Shown: one piece after another, positions 30,193 through 39,951 of the stretch
Layout: each line of letters starts with the position of its first letter
How positions within the stretch are numbered: the stretch's first letter is position 1
Virus record (IMG/VR): IMGVR_UViG_2888028904_000001
Location: 22,954 to 86,953 of that record
DNA: 64,000 nt
Reading direction: 5' to 3' (one strand)
From: a virus
Lineage: Duplodnaviria; Caudoviricetes
The notes under the pieces: model-generated
The model's input: only the letters and a program-made list of their open reading frames with translations
What the model was told of the DNA's origin: nothing
Database searches by the model: none
Made by a program: the position numbers and the translations under genes

Positions 30193-30654
30193 ATGAATTG
30201 GAAGTTTTATATCGCGACTATGGCGATAGTTATTATTGCTGGTGGTTATATGGTGATAAATGAGCAATCAAAAAAACTCAATAGATTAAACAATGCTAAC
30301 AAGGAATTAGACAGTCGTTTAAAAGAACTAGTGAATATAAATCACGATTATCAAAAACGGGTAACTCTATTAAATCAACTCGATATTAAACATACTCAGG
30401 AATTAGTTAATGCGAAAAAAAAAATTGATGAGTTGCGTATTTTGGCTGAGCGTAATCCTAAGCGGGTGTATATCAGAGCCGAGTGCTCCTCCCGTATCAC
30501 CACAAATTCTTCCTCCAGCATGGATGATGCAATTCCCACCAGACCTACTGACACCGCTCTCCGAAATTATTGGCTACTTAGAGAACGAATTGCCGAGTCG
30601 GAAAGAATGATTAAGGGATTGCAGGAGTATATAAGATATGAGTGTTCACAATAA
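30193..30654 (+). CDS. Rz: i-spanin Rz
   Basis: N-terminal TM, LDIKHTQEL, NYWLLRERI, GLQEYIR. Confidence 0.88.
   Translation: MNWKFYIATMAIVIIAGGYMVINEQSKKLNRLNNANKELDSRLKELVNINHDYQKRVTLLNQLDIKHTQELVNAKKKIDELRILAERNPKRVYIRAECSSRITTNSSSSMDDAIPTRPTDTALRNYWLLRERIAESERMIKGLQEYIRYECSQ
30410..30610 (+). CDS. Rz1: o-spanin Rz1 lipoprotein (embedded in Rz)
   Basis: Lipobox ILSGC, Pro-rich, +1 frame inside Rz. Confidence 0.82.
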   Translation: MRKKKLMSCVFWLSVILSGCISEPSAPPVSPQILPPAWMMQFPPDLLTPLSEIIGYLENELPSRKE

Positions 30655-30817
30655 TTAAAAATATTCAAATAAATTACAAAAATAAGTTGAATAATAAAGG
30701 AAGCTATGAGTAATGTTAAATAGAAATAAATACTTTTACAATGCGTGGTCAAAATCAGGTAATTATGCATTACAGAGTGTTAGTATCATCGAATATTAAT
30801 CAGGCATGAGGTTATAT

Positions 30818-31195
30818 ATGGGAAATTACGGTAAAGCAGCAGTACAGACTGTATTGAATTATGATGATAAAGTGAATTTACGTGAGCAATGGACGAATGC
30901 GATATCAAAAGAAACAACTAGTAAATCATCAATTAATAAAGGATGCCCTAAAGGTGCATTTCTTGGTTTATGTGAGCTTGGTTTAGTGAAGAACATCCCA
31001 TCAAATAATTATAAAGCGGGTATAGCTAATAAACACCATGCGAAAGAACTTTTAGCATTAGCAATAGAGAACCCAAATATAACAGCCATCGAATGTTTTC
31101 GGTTATATCAAAAAAACAATGATGATTTACCTAAAAATCATAATGGGCAAGCCGATGTGGTTATTAGCCTTTTAGAAGCAAACCTTATTAAATAA
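30818..31195 (+). CDS. Hypothetical moron protein
   Basis: KGCPKGAFLGLCE motif; GAGG RBS. Confidence 0.6.
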   Translation: MGNYGKAAVQTVLNYDDKVNLREQWTNAISKETTSKSSINKGCPKGAFLGLCELGLVKNIPSNNYKAGIANKHHAKELLALAIENPNITAIECFRLYQKNNDDLPKNHNGQADVVISLLEANLIK

Positions 31196-31225
31196 TAAAT
31201 TAGATTGAAGAACAGTTAATTAAAA

Positions 31226-31276
31226 AGGTACTCCCAATAGCCTCCCTTCCCGCGGGGCGGGGGCTTCGCGGAAAAC
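31226..31276 (+). other. Lambda-like cos site
   Basis: CG-GGGCGGGGGCTT-CGCG (12-mer at 31255-31266) matches 9/12 of lambda GGGCGGCGACCT with the same flanks; GC island upstream of terS. Confidence 0.6.
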
Positions 31277-31514
31277 GTCAAATTTTTGTATTTTATTTCA
31301 GCATCACCACTACTTAATTAACTTATTGATTTTTAAATATACAAACAATAAATACTGATGTCTGTGAACGTTTTTTGTTCATCATCAGATTGATAGCACA
31401 TGATTTTCCACAGGGACTTTTCCTTAATATCCATAAGAATGTGATGTAGTAACTTGTATTTATTATATTCTGTACGTATATCATAATTTATTATTCACAA
31501 ATGGAATTCTCATA

Positions 31515-32015
31515 ATGAAACTTGAAAATAAATTAATGTTACGTGTTTTTGGTGCAAGTAAGCGTGGTAAAACACAAACACTAATTCAATTGATTAGAAA
31601 ATTAAAATCAGATAAAAGCTATACTGTTCGTTTAGAACCAAAAGAAAACCCTTTAGCTAAAAATGATGAAATAGCTATTTTTGAGAAAGATGGTTTAAAA
31701 ATAGGGATATCTACAGGTGGTGATAACGAAAAAATTATAAGAAAAGCAGTGGAAGAGTTAATTGAAGAAAACTGTAATTTTATAATTTCTGCAACAAGAA
31801 CTAGAGGTCAGACAAAAAAAGAACTTTATAAACTGGTCAATGAACATGAATATCAAAAACAGTGGTTCAAGAAAAATACAAATATAGATTATTGGTGTAA
31901 TAAATGGCCTCATAAAGGTGAAGATTTTGACAAAAGAAAAGCCGAATATTTCAATAAATTAAACGAAACAGATGCTCAATTTCTTTTTGACTATATTGAT
32001 TCCCTAACAAAATAA
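31515..32015 (+). CDS. Small P-loop NTPase-like moron protein
   Basis: Walker A-like GASKRGKT; own terminator. Confidence 0.6.
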   Translation: MKLENKLMLRVFGASKRGKTQTLIQLIRKLKSDKSYTVRLEPKENPLAKNDEIAIFEKDGLKIGISTGGDNEKIIRKAVEELIEENCNFIISATRTRGQTKKELYKLVNEHEYQKQWFKKNTNIDYWCNKWPHKGEDFDKRKAEYFNKLNETDAQFLFDYIDSLTK

Positions 32016-32035
32016 AGTTAAATACCACTATGAAC

Positions 32036-32058
32036 ACCCGCTTAACGCGGGTTTTTTA
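32036..32058 (+). terminator. Rho-independent terminator
   Basis: ACCCGC-ttaac-GCGGGT plus T-tract. Confidence 0.7.
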
Positions 32059-32075
32059 TTCACTATTTACATGCA

Positions 32076-32555
32076 ATGATGGTTCAAAAACTCAAACAGC
32101 TAACACTCAATATTAGTCAGATAGCTGCATTATCAGGAATACATCGACAGACCGTTTCATCACGCCTTAAAAATCTCACGCCCGTTAATACCAATAACTC
32201 AAACCTCAAACTTTATGCACTTAGCGATATTTTAGCTGAAACAATGAAAGCTCCTGCATCGATTGATAGTCAAGACATGCAACCTCAAGATCGCAAAGCG
32301 TGGTATCAATCAGAACGAGAACGATTGAAATTCGAGCAAGAAATAGGGGTGTTATTACCTGCTTCTGATGTTGCTCGTGAATATGCGGCTTTAGCGAAAG
32401 CCATGATACAGGTGTTAGAGACGTTACCAGATATATTAGAGCGCGATTGTGCATTAACGCCTTCGGCGGTTTTTCAAATACAAGCGGTGATTGATGACCT
32501 ACGTGATCAAATAGCGATAAAAGTGCTAGCAGACGATGAGCTTAAGGAGGATTAA
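32076..32555 (+). CDS. Terminase small subunit (Nu1-like)
   Basis: HTH N-terminus, DRKAWYQSERERL, LETLPDILERD. Confidence 0.85.
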   Translation: MMVQKLKQLTLNISQIAALSGIHRQTVSSRLKNLTPVNTNNSNLKLYALSDILAETMKAPASIDSQDMQPQDRKAWYQSERERLKFEQEIGVLLPASDVAREYAALAKAMIQVLETLPDILERDCALTPSAVFQIQAVIDDLRDQIAIKVLADDELKED

Positions 32556-32566
32556 AAGGAGGAGAA

Positions 32567-35500
32567 ATGGGTAAACCAATATCTGCCTCTTTATTACGTA
32601 AAAATGTGGCTCAACTCATTAAAGCACCGAGGCGAATGCCAGTTGCGGATGCCGTGGCAAAATATATGCGAGTGCCTGTGGGAGCGGGTAACTCTGTTCC
32701 TTGGGATCCCGCCGTATCCCCTTATATTGTTGAACCCATGAATTGTTTATCGTCACGGCTCTATGATGCAGTGATATTTGTGGGGCCTGCGAGAACAGGA
32801 AAGACCGTTGGGTTAATTGATGGGTGGGTGATTTACAATATTGTGTGTGATCCGTCGGATATGTTGCTGGTACAAATGACGCAAGATAAAGCACAAGAGC
32901 ACAGCAAAAAACGGCTTTCTCGTACCTTCCGTTGCAGTCCTGAAGTCAGTAAGCAACTCAGTCCTCGTCGTAACGATAATAACGTATTTGATAAATACTT
33001 TTTATCGGGCAGTTTTTTAAAAATGGGGTGGCCATCGATTAACGTGATGTCCTCTTCGGACTTTAAATGTGTGGCGCTTACCGATTATGACCGTTTTCCC
33101 GAAGATATCGATGGTGAAGGAGATGGTTTTTCTTTAGCCTCAAAACGGACAACCACCTTTATGTCAGCGGGTATGACGCTGGTGGAAAGCTCAGCTATTG
33201 AATCACGCAAACAAGCCGATGCTTTTTTAGAGCAAGCTCAAAGTGTTGGGCAAACGAGAGATGCACTCGAACAACTCACTGAGGTTTTAAATAAATCCAC
33301 AAAGGCTTATGACAAGCTCAAAATTACAGGTGAGCAGTTTGCCGAAATTCAAAATGTCACTCAATCAAGAATAAAGGCGATACAAGATCAACAAGATGCG
33401 AATACTGAAAAATACTACAAACAAATCGAAGCCGTTAAAGGATTATCAGGTAGTGCATCAGCATTAAGAGCGATTCAGGCTCAGTTAAACCAAGAAGTGA
33501 AGAAAGGCACTATCCATCAGCGCGATTATCAGGTGCTTATTTCTGCTATTACTTCAGAGTCAATGAAGTTACGCCGAGAAGAAGAGTCTCTAACACAACA
33601 AAAAACACGGTTTATTCAGCGACTAAAAGAACAGGTTGCCACTCAAAATTTAAGTCGCGAGCAAATGTTGCGTTATCAAGCCTCTCAACTTGGTGTCAGT
33701 TCTTCAGCCGAGATCTATATTCGTCGCTTATCTGAATCGAACAAAGAAACTAAAGAGTTTGATAAAAACAGCAAGTCATTAGCTAGCCGTCTTCAGAGTA
33801 TTGCCAATTCCTTTAATATGGGCTCACTGGTTCGCGGTGGTATTTGGGGAGGAATTACTGCAGGTCTAACGGGTGTTGCAAAATTAGCCTATGATGCAGA
33901 AAGAGAGTTTTCTCAATTTAATAAGCAGTTGATCTTAACAGGTAACTACGCCAATAAATCTGCTAGCCAATTAAATGAAATGTCGCGAACCCTTGCGGGT
34001 GGCGGTATTACGCGTGGTGAAATGGCATCATCCATTTCGAGTGTTGTCGGTACAGGCGTATTTTCAAATAATGAGATTTCCCGTGTTTCAAAAGCGGTCG
34101 CACAGATGAATTACATCACAGGGCAGGCGATTGATACCACGATTGATCAGTTTAAACGCTTGCAAGATGAACCACTTCAAATGTCGCTTGAATTAGAAAA
34201 AGCGAACCACCACCTCACAGCATCCCAATTAGAGCAAATCAGAACACTCGAATTACAAGGTAATAAAACCGAAGCCGCTAAGCTGGCGATTGATGCTTAT
34301 GCGCAATCTATTAATGATGGCGCTAATGATATTGTTGAAAATCTTGGATACTTAGAGTCAGCATGGCTAGGGATAAAAAATACAGCGAAAAAAGGCTGGG
34401 ATGCCATGCTCAATATTGGGCGTACAGAGACATTAAACGATCAAATTAGAGAGCAAGAGTCATTATTAAAGAGTCTCAGTAATATTGCTATCACTCCTCA
34501 ATATCGTCTTGATGAAATCAAAGCAAAAATCGCCACTTTAAAAGAGCAAGTGGGCGATATCGATCTTAAAAATGCACAAAAACAAGCAGAAGTGGTGGCA
34601 AATCAATTAGAAGTGAACCAAATCAGGTTACAAGAAAAATGGCGAAGTTTTTATAGTTGGGAAACACAACGGCTAAAGAAATTAGCTGAATTAGAAAAAG
34701 AGAAACATGCCTTAACCAAAGAGCAGTATGAAGAAGCTAAAGCGATGATCAATTACCGATTAAGAGATCGGCAAATACCAGGAAGAGGACGAGAAAGTGG
34801 AAATCGCGTCTCTGCTGGAAGACGCGAAGAAGAGAACGCTTCGCGTGATTTATTCACATTACAAGCCCAGCTTGATGTACTTAGAAAACATCACAATACG
34901 TATCAACAAATTAGCCAACAACGTAAAGACTTACAAAAACAACAAGCGCAATTTACCCTCTTAGAACAAGCCTCTCAGTCTCGACAATTAACGGTAACTG
35001 AAAAATCATTATTAGCTCACAAAGATAATATCCTCTCACAAAAAGAAAAATTAGCATTAATTGGCGATGAAATCGTATTACAGCAACGCTTAAACAAGAT
35101 GCAAGCGCAAGCTGAAAAATATCTCACTCAACAAATTAAAAAACGTCAAGCAATAGAGGCAAATGCAGGACTTTCTCGCCAAGAAATTCAACGAAATAAT
35201 CAGCGCGAGCAATTATTAGCAGACAATAAAGATAATCCTCAATTATCCATGATGATCGCAGAGCAACAAAAAACATTTGAAGCGGAGGACAATCAACGAA
35301 ACAACTGGTTAGCAGGGGCGAAAAGTGCGTGGGCTGATTATCGTGAGACGGCATTAGATGTTAACACACAAGTTAAAAATGCCACATCAATGGCATTAGA
35401 CGGATTTAGTAGCCAGTTAACAGATGTATTAGTAGAAAGAGAAGCTGACTTTAAAGCATTCACTAAATCGATATTTAAAATGATCACGAATATCTTAGTT

Positions 35501-35908
35501 AAAATGGCTTTAATAAAAGGTCTAGAAGCCTTCGGTTTTGGTGGTTTTAGTGCACCTGTCGCCAATGCGAAAGGAGGTGTTTATTCCTCATCAAGCCTTA
35601 GCCGTTATAGTGGACACATCGTCAATCGGCCTACATTGTTTGCCTTTGCTAAAGGCGCAGGAGTGATGGGGGAAGCTGGGCCTGAAGGTATTTTTCCTCT
35701 TCGCCGAGGGATTGATGGCAAATTAGGTGTTATTGCTAAAATACCGAATCAAGGTGCAGGATTCACTCAAATCAATAATGTCACTATTCAAAATGAAAGC
35801 AGTCATGGGCAAATTAGCCCTCATGTGCTGAAAAAAATCTATGAGATAAGCAAGCGAGGGGCTCAAGATTATATTTTAAGTCAGCGCCGTGATGGTGGTG
35901 GAATGTAG
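32567..35908 (+). CDS. In-frame fusion: terminase large subunit (GpA) N-terminal ATPase part :: lambda-type tape measure C-terminal part
   Basis: aa 1-209 have GPARTGKT, CVALTDYD and RTTTFMSAGMTLVESS; the rest has FNKQLILTGNYA, GWDAMLNIGR and GVMGEAGPE of gpH. Confidence 0.85.
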   Translation: MGKPISASLLRKNVAQLIKAPRRMPVADAVAKYMRVPVGAGNSVPWDPAVSPYIVEPMNCLSSRLYDAVIFVGPARTGKTVGLIDGWVIYNIVCDPSDMLLVQMTQDKAQEHSKKRLSRTFRCSPEVSKQLSPRRNDNNVFDKYFLSGSFLKMGWPSINVMSSSDFKCVALTDYDRFPEDIDGEGDGFSLASKRTTTFMSAGMTLVESSAIESRKQADAFLEQAQSVGQTRDALEQLTEVLNKSTKAYDKLKITGEQFAEIQNVTQSRIKAIQDQQDANTEKYYKQIEAVKGLSGSASALRAIQAQLNQEVKKGTIHQRDYQVLISAITSESMKLRREEESLTQQKTRFIQRLKEQVATQNLSREQMLRYQASQLGVSSSAEIYIRRLSESNKETKEFDKNSKSLASRLQSIANSFNMGSLVRGGIWGGITAGLTGVAKLAYDAEREFSQFNKQLILTGNYANKSASQLNEMSRTLAGGGITRGEMASSISSVVGTGVFSNNEISRVSKAVAQMNYITGQAIDTTIDQFKRLQDEPLQMSLELEKANHHLTASQLEQIRTLELQGNKTEAAKLAIDAYAQSINDGANDIVENLGYLESAWLGIKNTAKKGWDAMLNIGRTETLNDQIREQESLLKSLSNIAITPQYRLDEIKAKIATLKEQVGDIDLKNAQKQAEVVANQLEVNQIRLQEKWRSFYSWETQRLKKLAELEKEKHALTKEQYEEAKAMINYRLRDRQIPGRGRESGNRVSAGRREEENASRDLFTLQAQLDVLRKHHNTYQQISQQRKDLQKQQAQFTLLEQASQSRQLTVTEKSLLAHKDNILSQKEKLALIGDEIVLQQRLNKMQAQAEKYLTQQIKKRQAIEANAGLSRQEIQRNNQREQLLADNKDNPQLSMMIAEQQKTFEAEDNQRNNWLAGAKSAWADYRETALDVNTQVKNATSMALDGFSSQLTDVLVEREADFKAFTKSIFKMITNILVKMALIKGLEAFGFGGFSAPVANAKGGVYSSSSLSRYSGHIVNRPTLFAFAKGAGVMGEAGPEGIFPLRRGIDGKLGVIAKIPNQGAGFTQINNVTIQNESSHGQISPHVLKKIYEISKRGAQDYILSQRRDGGGM

Positions 35909-35915
35909 GATATAT

Positions 35916-36245
35916 ATGGACGTTTTTAAATGGAAAGTGAAGCCTGATATGACCAAAGTATCTGAACCTAGAGTGAAATCGGTAAAACTGGGGGAGGGTT
36001 ATGAACAACGACGACCTGACGGATTAAATTCTAATACAGTCAAATATAATGTCACATTTCTATCAACACATGCTGAATCACAAGAAATCGATCGTTTTTT
36101 AGCAAAACATCAAGGTGTTAAAGCCTTTCTTTGGCAACCTCCATACCAAGCTGACTATATCAAGGTGATTTGCCGTAAATGGTCAGAACAAGTCAAACTA
36201 ATGCGCAGTGAAATTGAAGCTGAATTTGAACAAGTGGTAAATTAA
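35916..36245 (+). CDS. Minor tail protein M
   Basis: GEGYEQRRPDGLN and GVKAFLWQPP. Confidence 0.9.
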   Translation: MDVFKWKVKPDMTKVSEPRVKSVKLGEGYEQRRPDGLNSNTVKYNVTFLSTHAESQEIDRFLAKHQGVKAFLWQPPYQADYIKVICRKWSEQVKLMRSEIEAEFEQVVN

Positions 36246-36380
36246 TAAAATTAATTATTACTGTGTAATCAGTCTGAAAATAAAGAATAGAAGAGGAAAA
36301 TGATTTTTTTGTCTCTGATACATGTATAGAGTATGCTTACATTTTTCTTTTATAGCGAGATTAGTGTGGGAGAATTAATA

Positions 36381-36683
36381 ATGTCGAAATTCACTTTAGA
36401 GGGTAATGAAGATTTACCTGCTGTGTTTGGTGGCTATTTAGTGATTTTAAAAGACAATAAAGAGCTTGCGGTTGTGAGTGTACCTTCATTCAATTTACTT
36501 GCTGATAGATATAGAGATAGTGTCATTGAAAATGATGATTCATTTGAAGATGATGAGGGTAACGAATATATGATAAATATTTATTCTTCAAATACAGGTA
36601 TCGATTGGAATTTAGAAATTGGATCACAGAATGAGGAGATATTAAACCATATAAAAGTGGAGTATCAACCCAATGACTACTAA
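36381..36683 (+). CDS. Acidic hypothetical protein paired with HEPN gene
   Basis: AT-rich insert between M and L; overlaps next ORF by 11 nt. Confidence 0.55.
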   Translation: MSKFTLEGNEDLPAVFGGYLVILKDNKELAVVSVPSFNLLADRYRDSVIENDDSFEDDEGNEYMINIYSSNTGIDWNLEIGSQNEEILNHIKVEYQPNDY

Positions 36684-37206
36684 CAATCCATTTTATAATA
36701 TATTTCGAACAGGGATTGAAAATATAAGAAATCAAAGCAAAGATCCTTTCCATAATAAATTATATTATTCCAATGTGATCAGCTTAATGGAACAGTATTT
36801 ATCAGGCTTATTTATCAATGAGATTACAAAAAATAGAAAATATCTGATTAAATTATCTTCTCATGGGAAATTTAATGCCGATAACCTACCGTTAGTTAAA
36901 GCAATAAATCTATCAATGAATGATATTGATAATATTCTTATTGATAAGATGAAAAATTTAGTCTGGCATCGCTTAAATGATATAGAAGGATACTTTAAAC
37001 ATGTTTTTAATATCAAGTTTAACATCAGTAGAGAATTACTTTCTTTATTAGAAACGAGACATGATCTTATTCATAGGAATGGGTTTAATATGGATGGTCA
37101 AGAAACACAAATCACAGAAGATAAACTAGTAAATTGTATTAAGGTTGTTGAAGATTTTATAAATGATATTGATAAAAAGTATAATTCCTTTCTTAACTCT
37201 CATTAA
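36673..37206 (+). CDS. HEPN-domain protein (putative RNase)
   Basis: ISLMEQYL and RHDLIH (Rx4H); similar to C-terminal half of 52614-53582. Confidence 0.7.
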   Translation: MTTNNPFYNIFRTGIENIRNQSKDPFHNKLYYSNVISLMEQYLSGLFINEITKNRKYLIKLSSHGKFNADNLPLVKAINLSMNDIDNILIDKMKNLVWHRLNDIEGYFKHVFNIKFNISRELLSLLETRHDLIHRNGFNMDGQETQITEDKLVNCIKVVEDFINDIDKKYNSFLNSH

Positions 37207-37331
37207 TAAATAATTATTGTATTTAAATACTCACTTTTTATTAATTTAAGCTAGTATAAAATCTCATTATTAATATAAGCTAAACTAGTGTATTCTATAG
37301 TTACTATGATTTCTTTTATTCTGGAGAATTT

Positions 37332-37877
37332 ATGCGAATTTTCGGTGCCATATTAATAGCCTTGGGATTATTGGCTATTATCTATGCATTAAATATGAGT
37401 GTAACAGTAAGAGTTTCATCAGGTTATGGTGAAGTAAATAATATGGGATTAATTGCAAGTAAAAATAATACCCTGATGTTAGGATGTTTTATCACATTAA
37501 TGGGTTTTATTTCATATTGCACAGCTATTATAAAAGAAACTATCGAAAAGAGTGTTCTAGGTAGCTTTATTCATAACAATAATAAAGTTGAGATAATAGG
37601 AAGTAAAAAATCTGAGGGTACTGAAGATAAAGAAGAATATGGAGCACCTGAAAAGGTTGATATAAAATCTTTATTAATACCTAAAAAAGATGGTTTTATG
37701 ATTGATGATGAGTCAATTGCAAAACTTGCACTAAGTATTATTCAGCATAATCCTGATGTGAAAAAGGAAAATTTATTTCTACATTGCGAGGAGTTAATAA
37801 ATAATATTGAATCCTCTTTACCTTCTGAAGTACGAATAACATTTATGCGACGTATAAAGTATTGGTTAGAAAATTAA
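37332..37877 (+). CDS. Two-TM membrane moron protein
   Basis: Two N-terminal hydrophobic helices, GGAG RBS, own terminator. Confidence 0.65.
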   Translation: MRIFGAILIALGLLAIIYALNMSVTVRVSSGYGEVNNMGLIASKNNTLMLGCFITLMGFISYCTAIIKETIEKSVLGSFIHNNNKVEIIGSKKSEGTEDKEEYGAPEKVDIKSLLIPKKDGFMIDDESIAKLALSIIQHNPDVKKENLFLHCEELINNIESSLPSEVRITFMRRIKYWLEN

Positions 37878-37895
37878 AAAAATATTGTGATATTG

Positions 37896-37916
37896 ACCCG
37901 CTTCGGCGGGTTTTTT
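37896..37916 (+). terminator. Rho-independent terminator
   Basis: ACCCGC-ttcg-GCGGGT plus T-tract. Confidence 0.8.
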
Positions 37917-37928
37917 ATTGGAGCTAAT

Positions 37929-38633
37929 ATGGAACATATTCCTCCTGAAATGCGAATTAGTGTTACCGAACTCTCCTCCACTGATGCTTCGCTTGAGCTT
38001 TACGAATTTGATTTAACTAAAATAGGCGGTATTCGGTACCGCTTTTTTGATGGACTCAATCAACGTAAAGAGCCGTTAATCTGGCAAGGAAACACCTATG
38101 AACCTTACCCCGTGAAAGGCGAAGGATTTTCTTTTAATGGCAAAGGCCCCTCAGGGCGACCCACTATTACATTGTCGAATTTATTTGGGCTGATTACGGG
38201 GATTGCCAGTCAGCTAGATAGTGCAATCGGTGGGCTGGTGGTACGTCGCATTGTCAGTACTCAATTTTTAGATGCGGTAAATTTTCCTCATGGCAATCCT
38301 AATGCCGACCCGTCACAAGAAATTGTGACACGTTGGATCATTGAGCAGATGACCAGTTTAAATTCAGTAACAGCTACCTTTATGTTGGCGACACCCAGTG
38401 AAACAGACGGATTGATGCTTCCTGGTCGCGTGATTTTGTCGGATATCTGTCCTTGGGGGTATCGTTCTGAAGAGTGCGGATATAAAGGGCCTCCTGTTGC
38501 CGATGAATGGGGAAAGCCAACCACCGATCCGTTAAAAGATAAATGCGGTAAACGTCTTAGTGATTGTAAGTTACGAAAAAACGAGTCGCGTATAGGTGCG
38601 TTTGTTTCTACTTCCCGTATTGGTAATAGTTAA
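37929..38633 (+). CDS. Minor tail protein L
   Basis: CPWGYRSEECGY...DKCGKRLSDCK Fe-S Cys motif. Confidence 0.92.
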   Translation: MEHIPPEMRISVTELSSTDASLELYEFDLTKIGGIRYRFFDGLNQRKEPLIWQGNTYEPYPVKGEGFSFNGKGPSGRPTITLSNLFGLITGIASQLDSAIGGLVVRRIVSTQFLDAVNFPHGNPNADPSQEIVTRWIIEQMTSLNSVTATFMLATPSETDGLMLPGRVILSDICPWGYRSEECGYKGPPVADEWGKPTTDPLKDKCGKRLSDCKLRKNESRIGAFVSTSRIGNS

Positions 38634-38654
38634 TTCCTTCCTAAGGTATTTCTT

Positions 38655-39383
38655 ATGATTGAACAAACAATTTTGGCGCAGGCAAAAGAGCAAGCGCCCT
38701 TAGAGGCATGTGGCTTATTGATAAGTACCGCACAGGGTGAGCAGTATTTACCTTGCGTTAATCAGCACGCTGATCCGAAAAACCATTTCACGATTTCTTT
38801 TGATGATTTTATTCGCGCCGAACAGCAGGGCGAGGTGATCGCGGTTGTACATAGTCACCCTGACGGCCAACAGTACCTCAGTACATTAGACCGACAACTG
38901 CAGGTGAACAGCGCATTGCCGTGGTGGGTGGTCTGTGATGAAAAAATTCATCGCTATCAGCCGGTGCCTCATCTGTTAGGTCGCCAATTTGTTCATGGCT
39001 CAACAGATTGTTATGGGTTGTTTCGTGATGCTTACCATTTGGCAGGGCATGAATTGCCTGACTTTGAGCGACATGATAATTGGTGGCGCCAAGGCAAAGA
39101 ACTGTACCTCGATAATATGGTGAGCACTGGTTTTCGGCAGGTCAAAAAAGAGGCGCAACCCGGCGATATTATTTTGTGTTGTTATGCCAGCTCTCGCGCC
39201 AACCACGCAGGGATCTATTTAGGCAATCAAACGATTTTGCATCACATTCCAAACCAACTTAGCAAACGCGAGGAGTATAACGAACGATGGCAACGAATGA
39301 CGCACTCAATTTGGCGTTACCGCGATTGGCAACCTTCCGACTTTATGGGAATTTGCAACGATTTGGACGTCGCTTTGATTTAA
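38655..39383 (+). CDS. Tail assembly protein K (JAB/MPN plus NlpC/P60)
   Basis: EACGL, VHSHPD, DCYGL, NHAGIY. Confidence 0.92.
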   Translation: MIEQTILAQAKEQAPLEACGLLISTAQGEQYLPCVNQHADPKNHFTISFDDFIRAEQQGEVIAVVHSHPDGQQYLSTLDRQLQVNSALPWWVVCDEKIHRYQPVPHLLGRQFVHGSTDCYGLFRDAYHLAGHELPDFERHDNWWRQGKELYLDNMVSTGFRQVKKEAQPGDIILCCYASSRANHAGIYLGNQTILHHIPNQLSKREEYNERWQRMTHSIWRYRDWQPSDFMGICNDLDVALI

Positions 39384-39937
39384 ATGTGAATACCGCCTCT
39401 GAAGGGCTTCACGCGCTTTTTATTCAAATTCCAGCCTTACGCCTCGCCATTCGTGATGGTTGGTATCAAGTTCGCATTGCCGGTACCGATATTTCCCCGC
39501 AAGAAATTAACCAAAAATTCAATGAAGCCTTACCGGATAATGCGGTCGTCCATATTGTGCCGAAATTATCAGGCGCTAAAAACGTCGGTGTTTTTCAGTT
39601 TGTTGCGGGTGCGGCCTTATTTTCATTGGGATGGTGGGGACCTGCGTGGATCTCCGCAACCGTTGCCACGTCTTTGATGGCAGGTGGTGCAGCCATGATG
39701 ATTGGTGGTGTCGCTCAAATGCTGATCCCCGCGCCTAAACCGCCTAATTTATCTCGTGGTGATGAAGAAAAAGGCAATACCTATTTTAGTAATCTTGATA
39801 ACGCGGTTGCACAAGGGATGCCGGTGCCCATTGCGTATGGTGAAATTATGTGTGGTTCACGCGTCATTTCACAATCGGTTGAGATTATGGATGACAGTGA
39901 CGGCGAAGATATCGATGCCGGTAAACACGGTGGATAA
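39287..39937 (+). CDS. Tail assembly protein I
   Basis: LYGNLQRFGRRF and QGMPVPIAYGE. Confidence 0.88.
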   Translation: MATNDALNLALPRLATFRLYGNLQRFGRRFDLNVNTASEGLHALFIQIPALRLAIRDGWYQVRIAGTDISPQEINQKFNEALPDNAVVHIVPKLSGAKNVGVFQFVAGAALFSLGWWGPAWISATVATSLMAGGAAMMIGGVAQMLIPAPKPPNLSRGDEEKGNTYFSNLDNAVAQGMPVPIAYGEIMCGSRVISQSVEIMDDSDGEDIDAGKHGG

Positions 39938-39951
39938 GAGGAGTTCGTATC

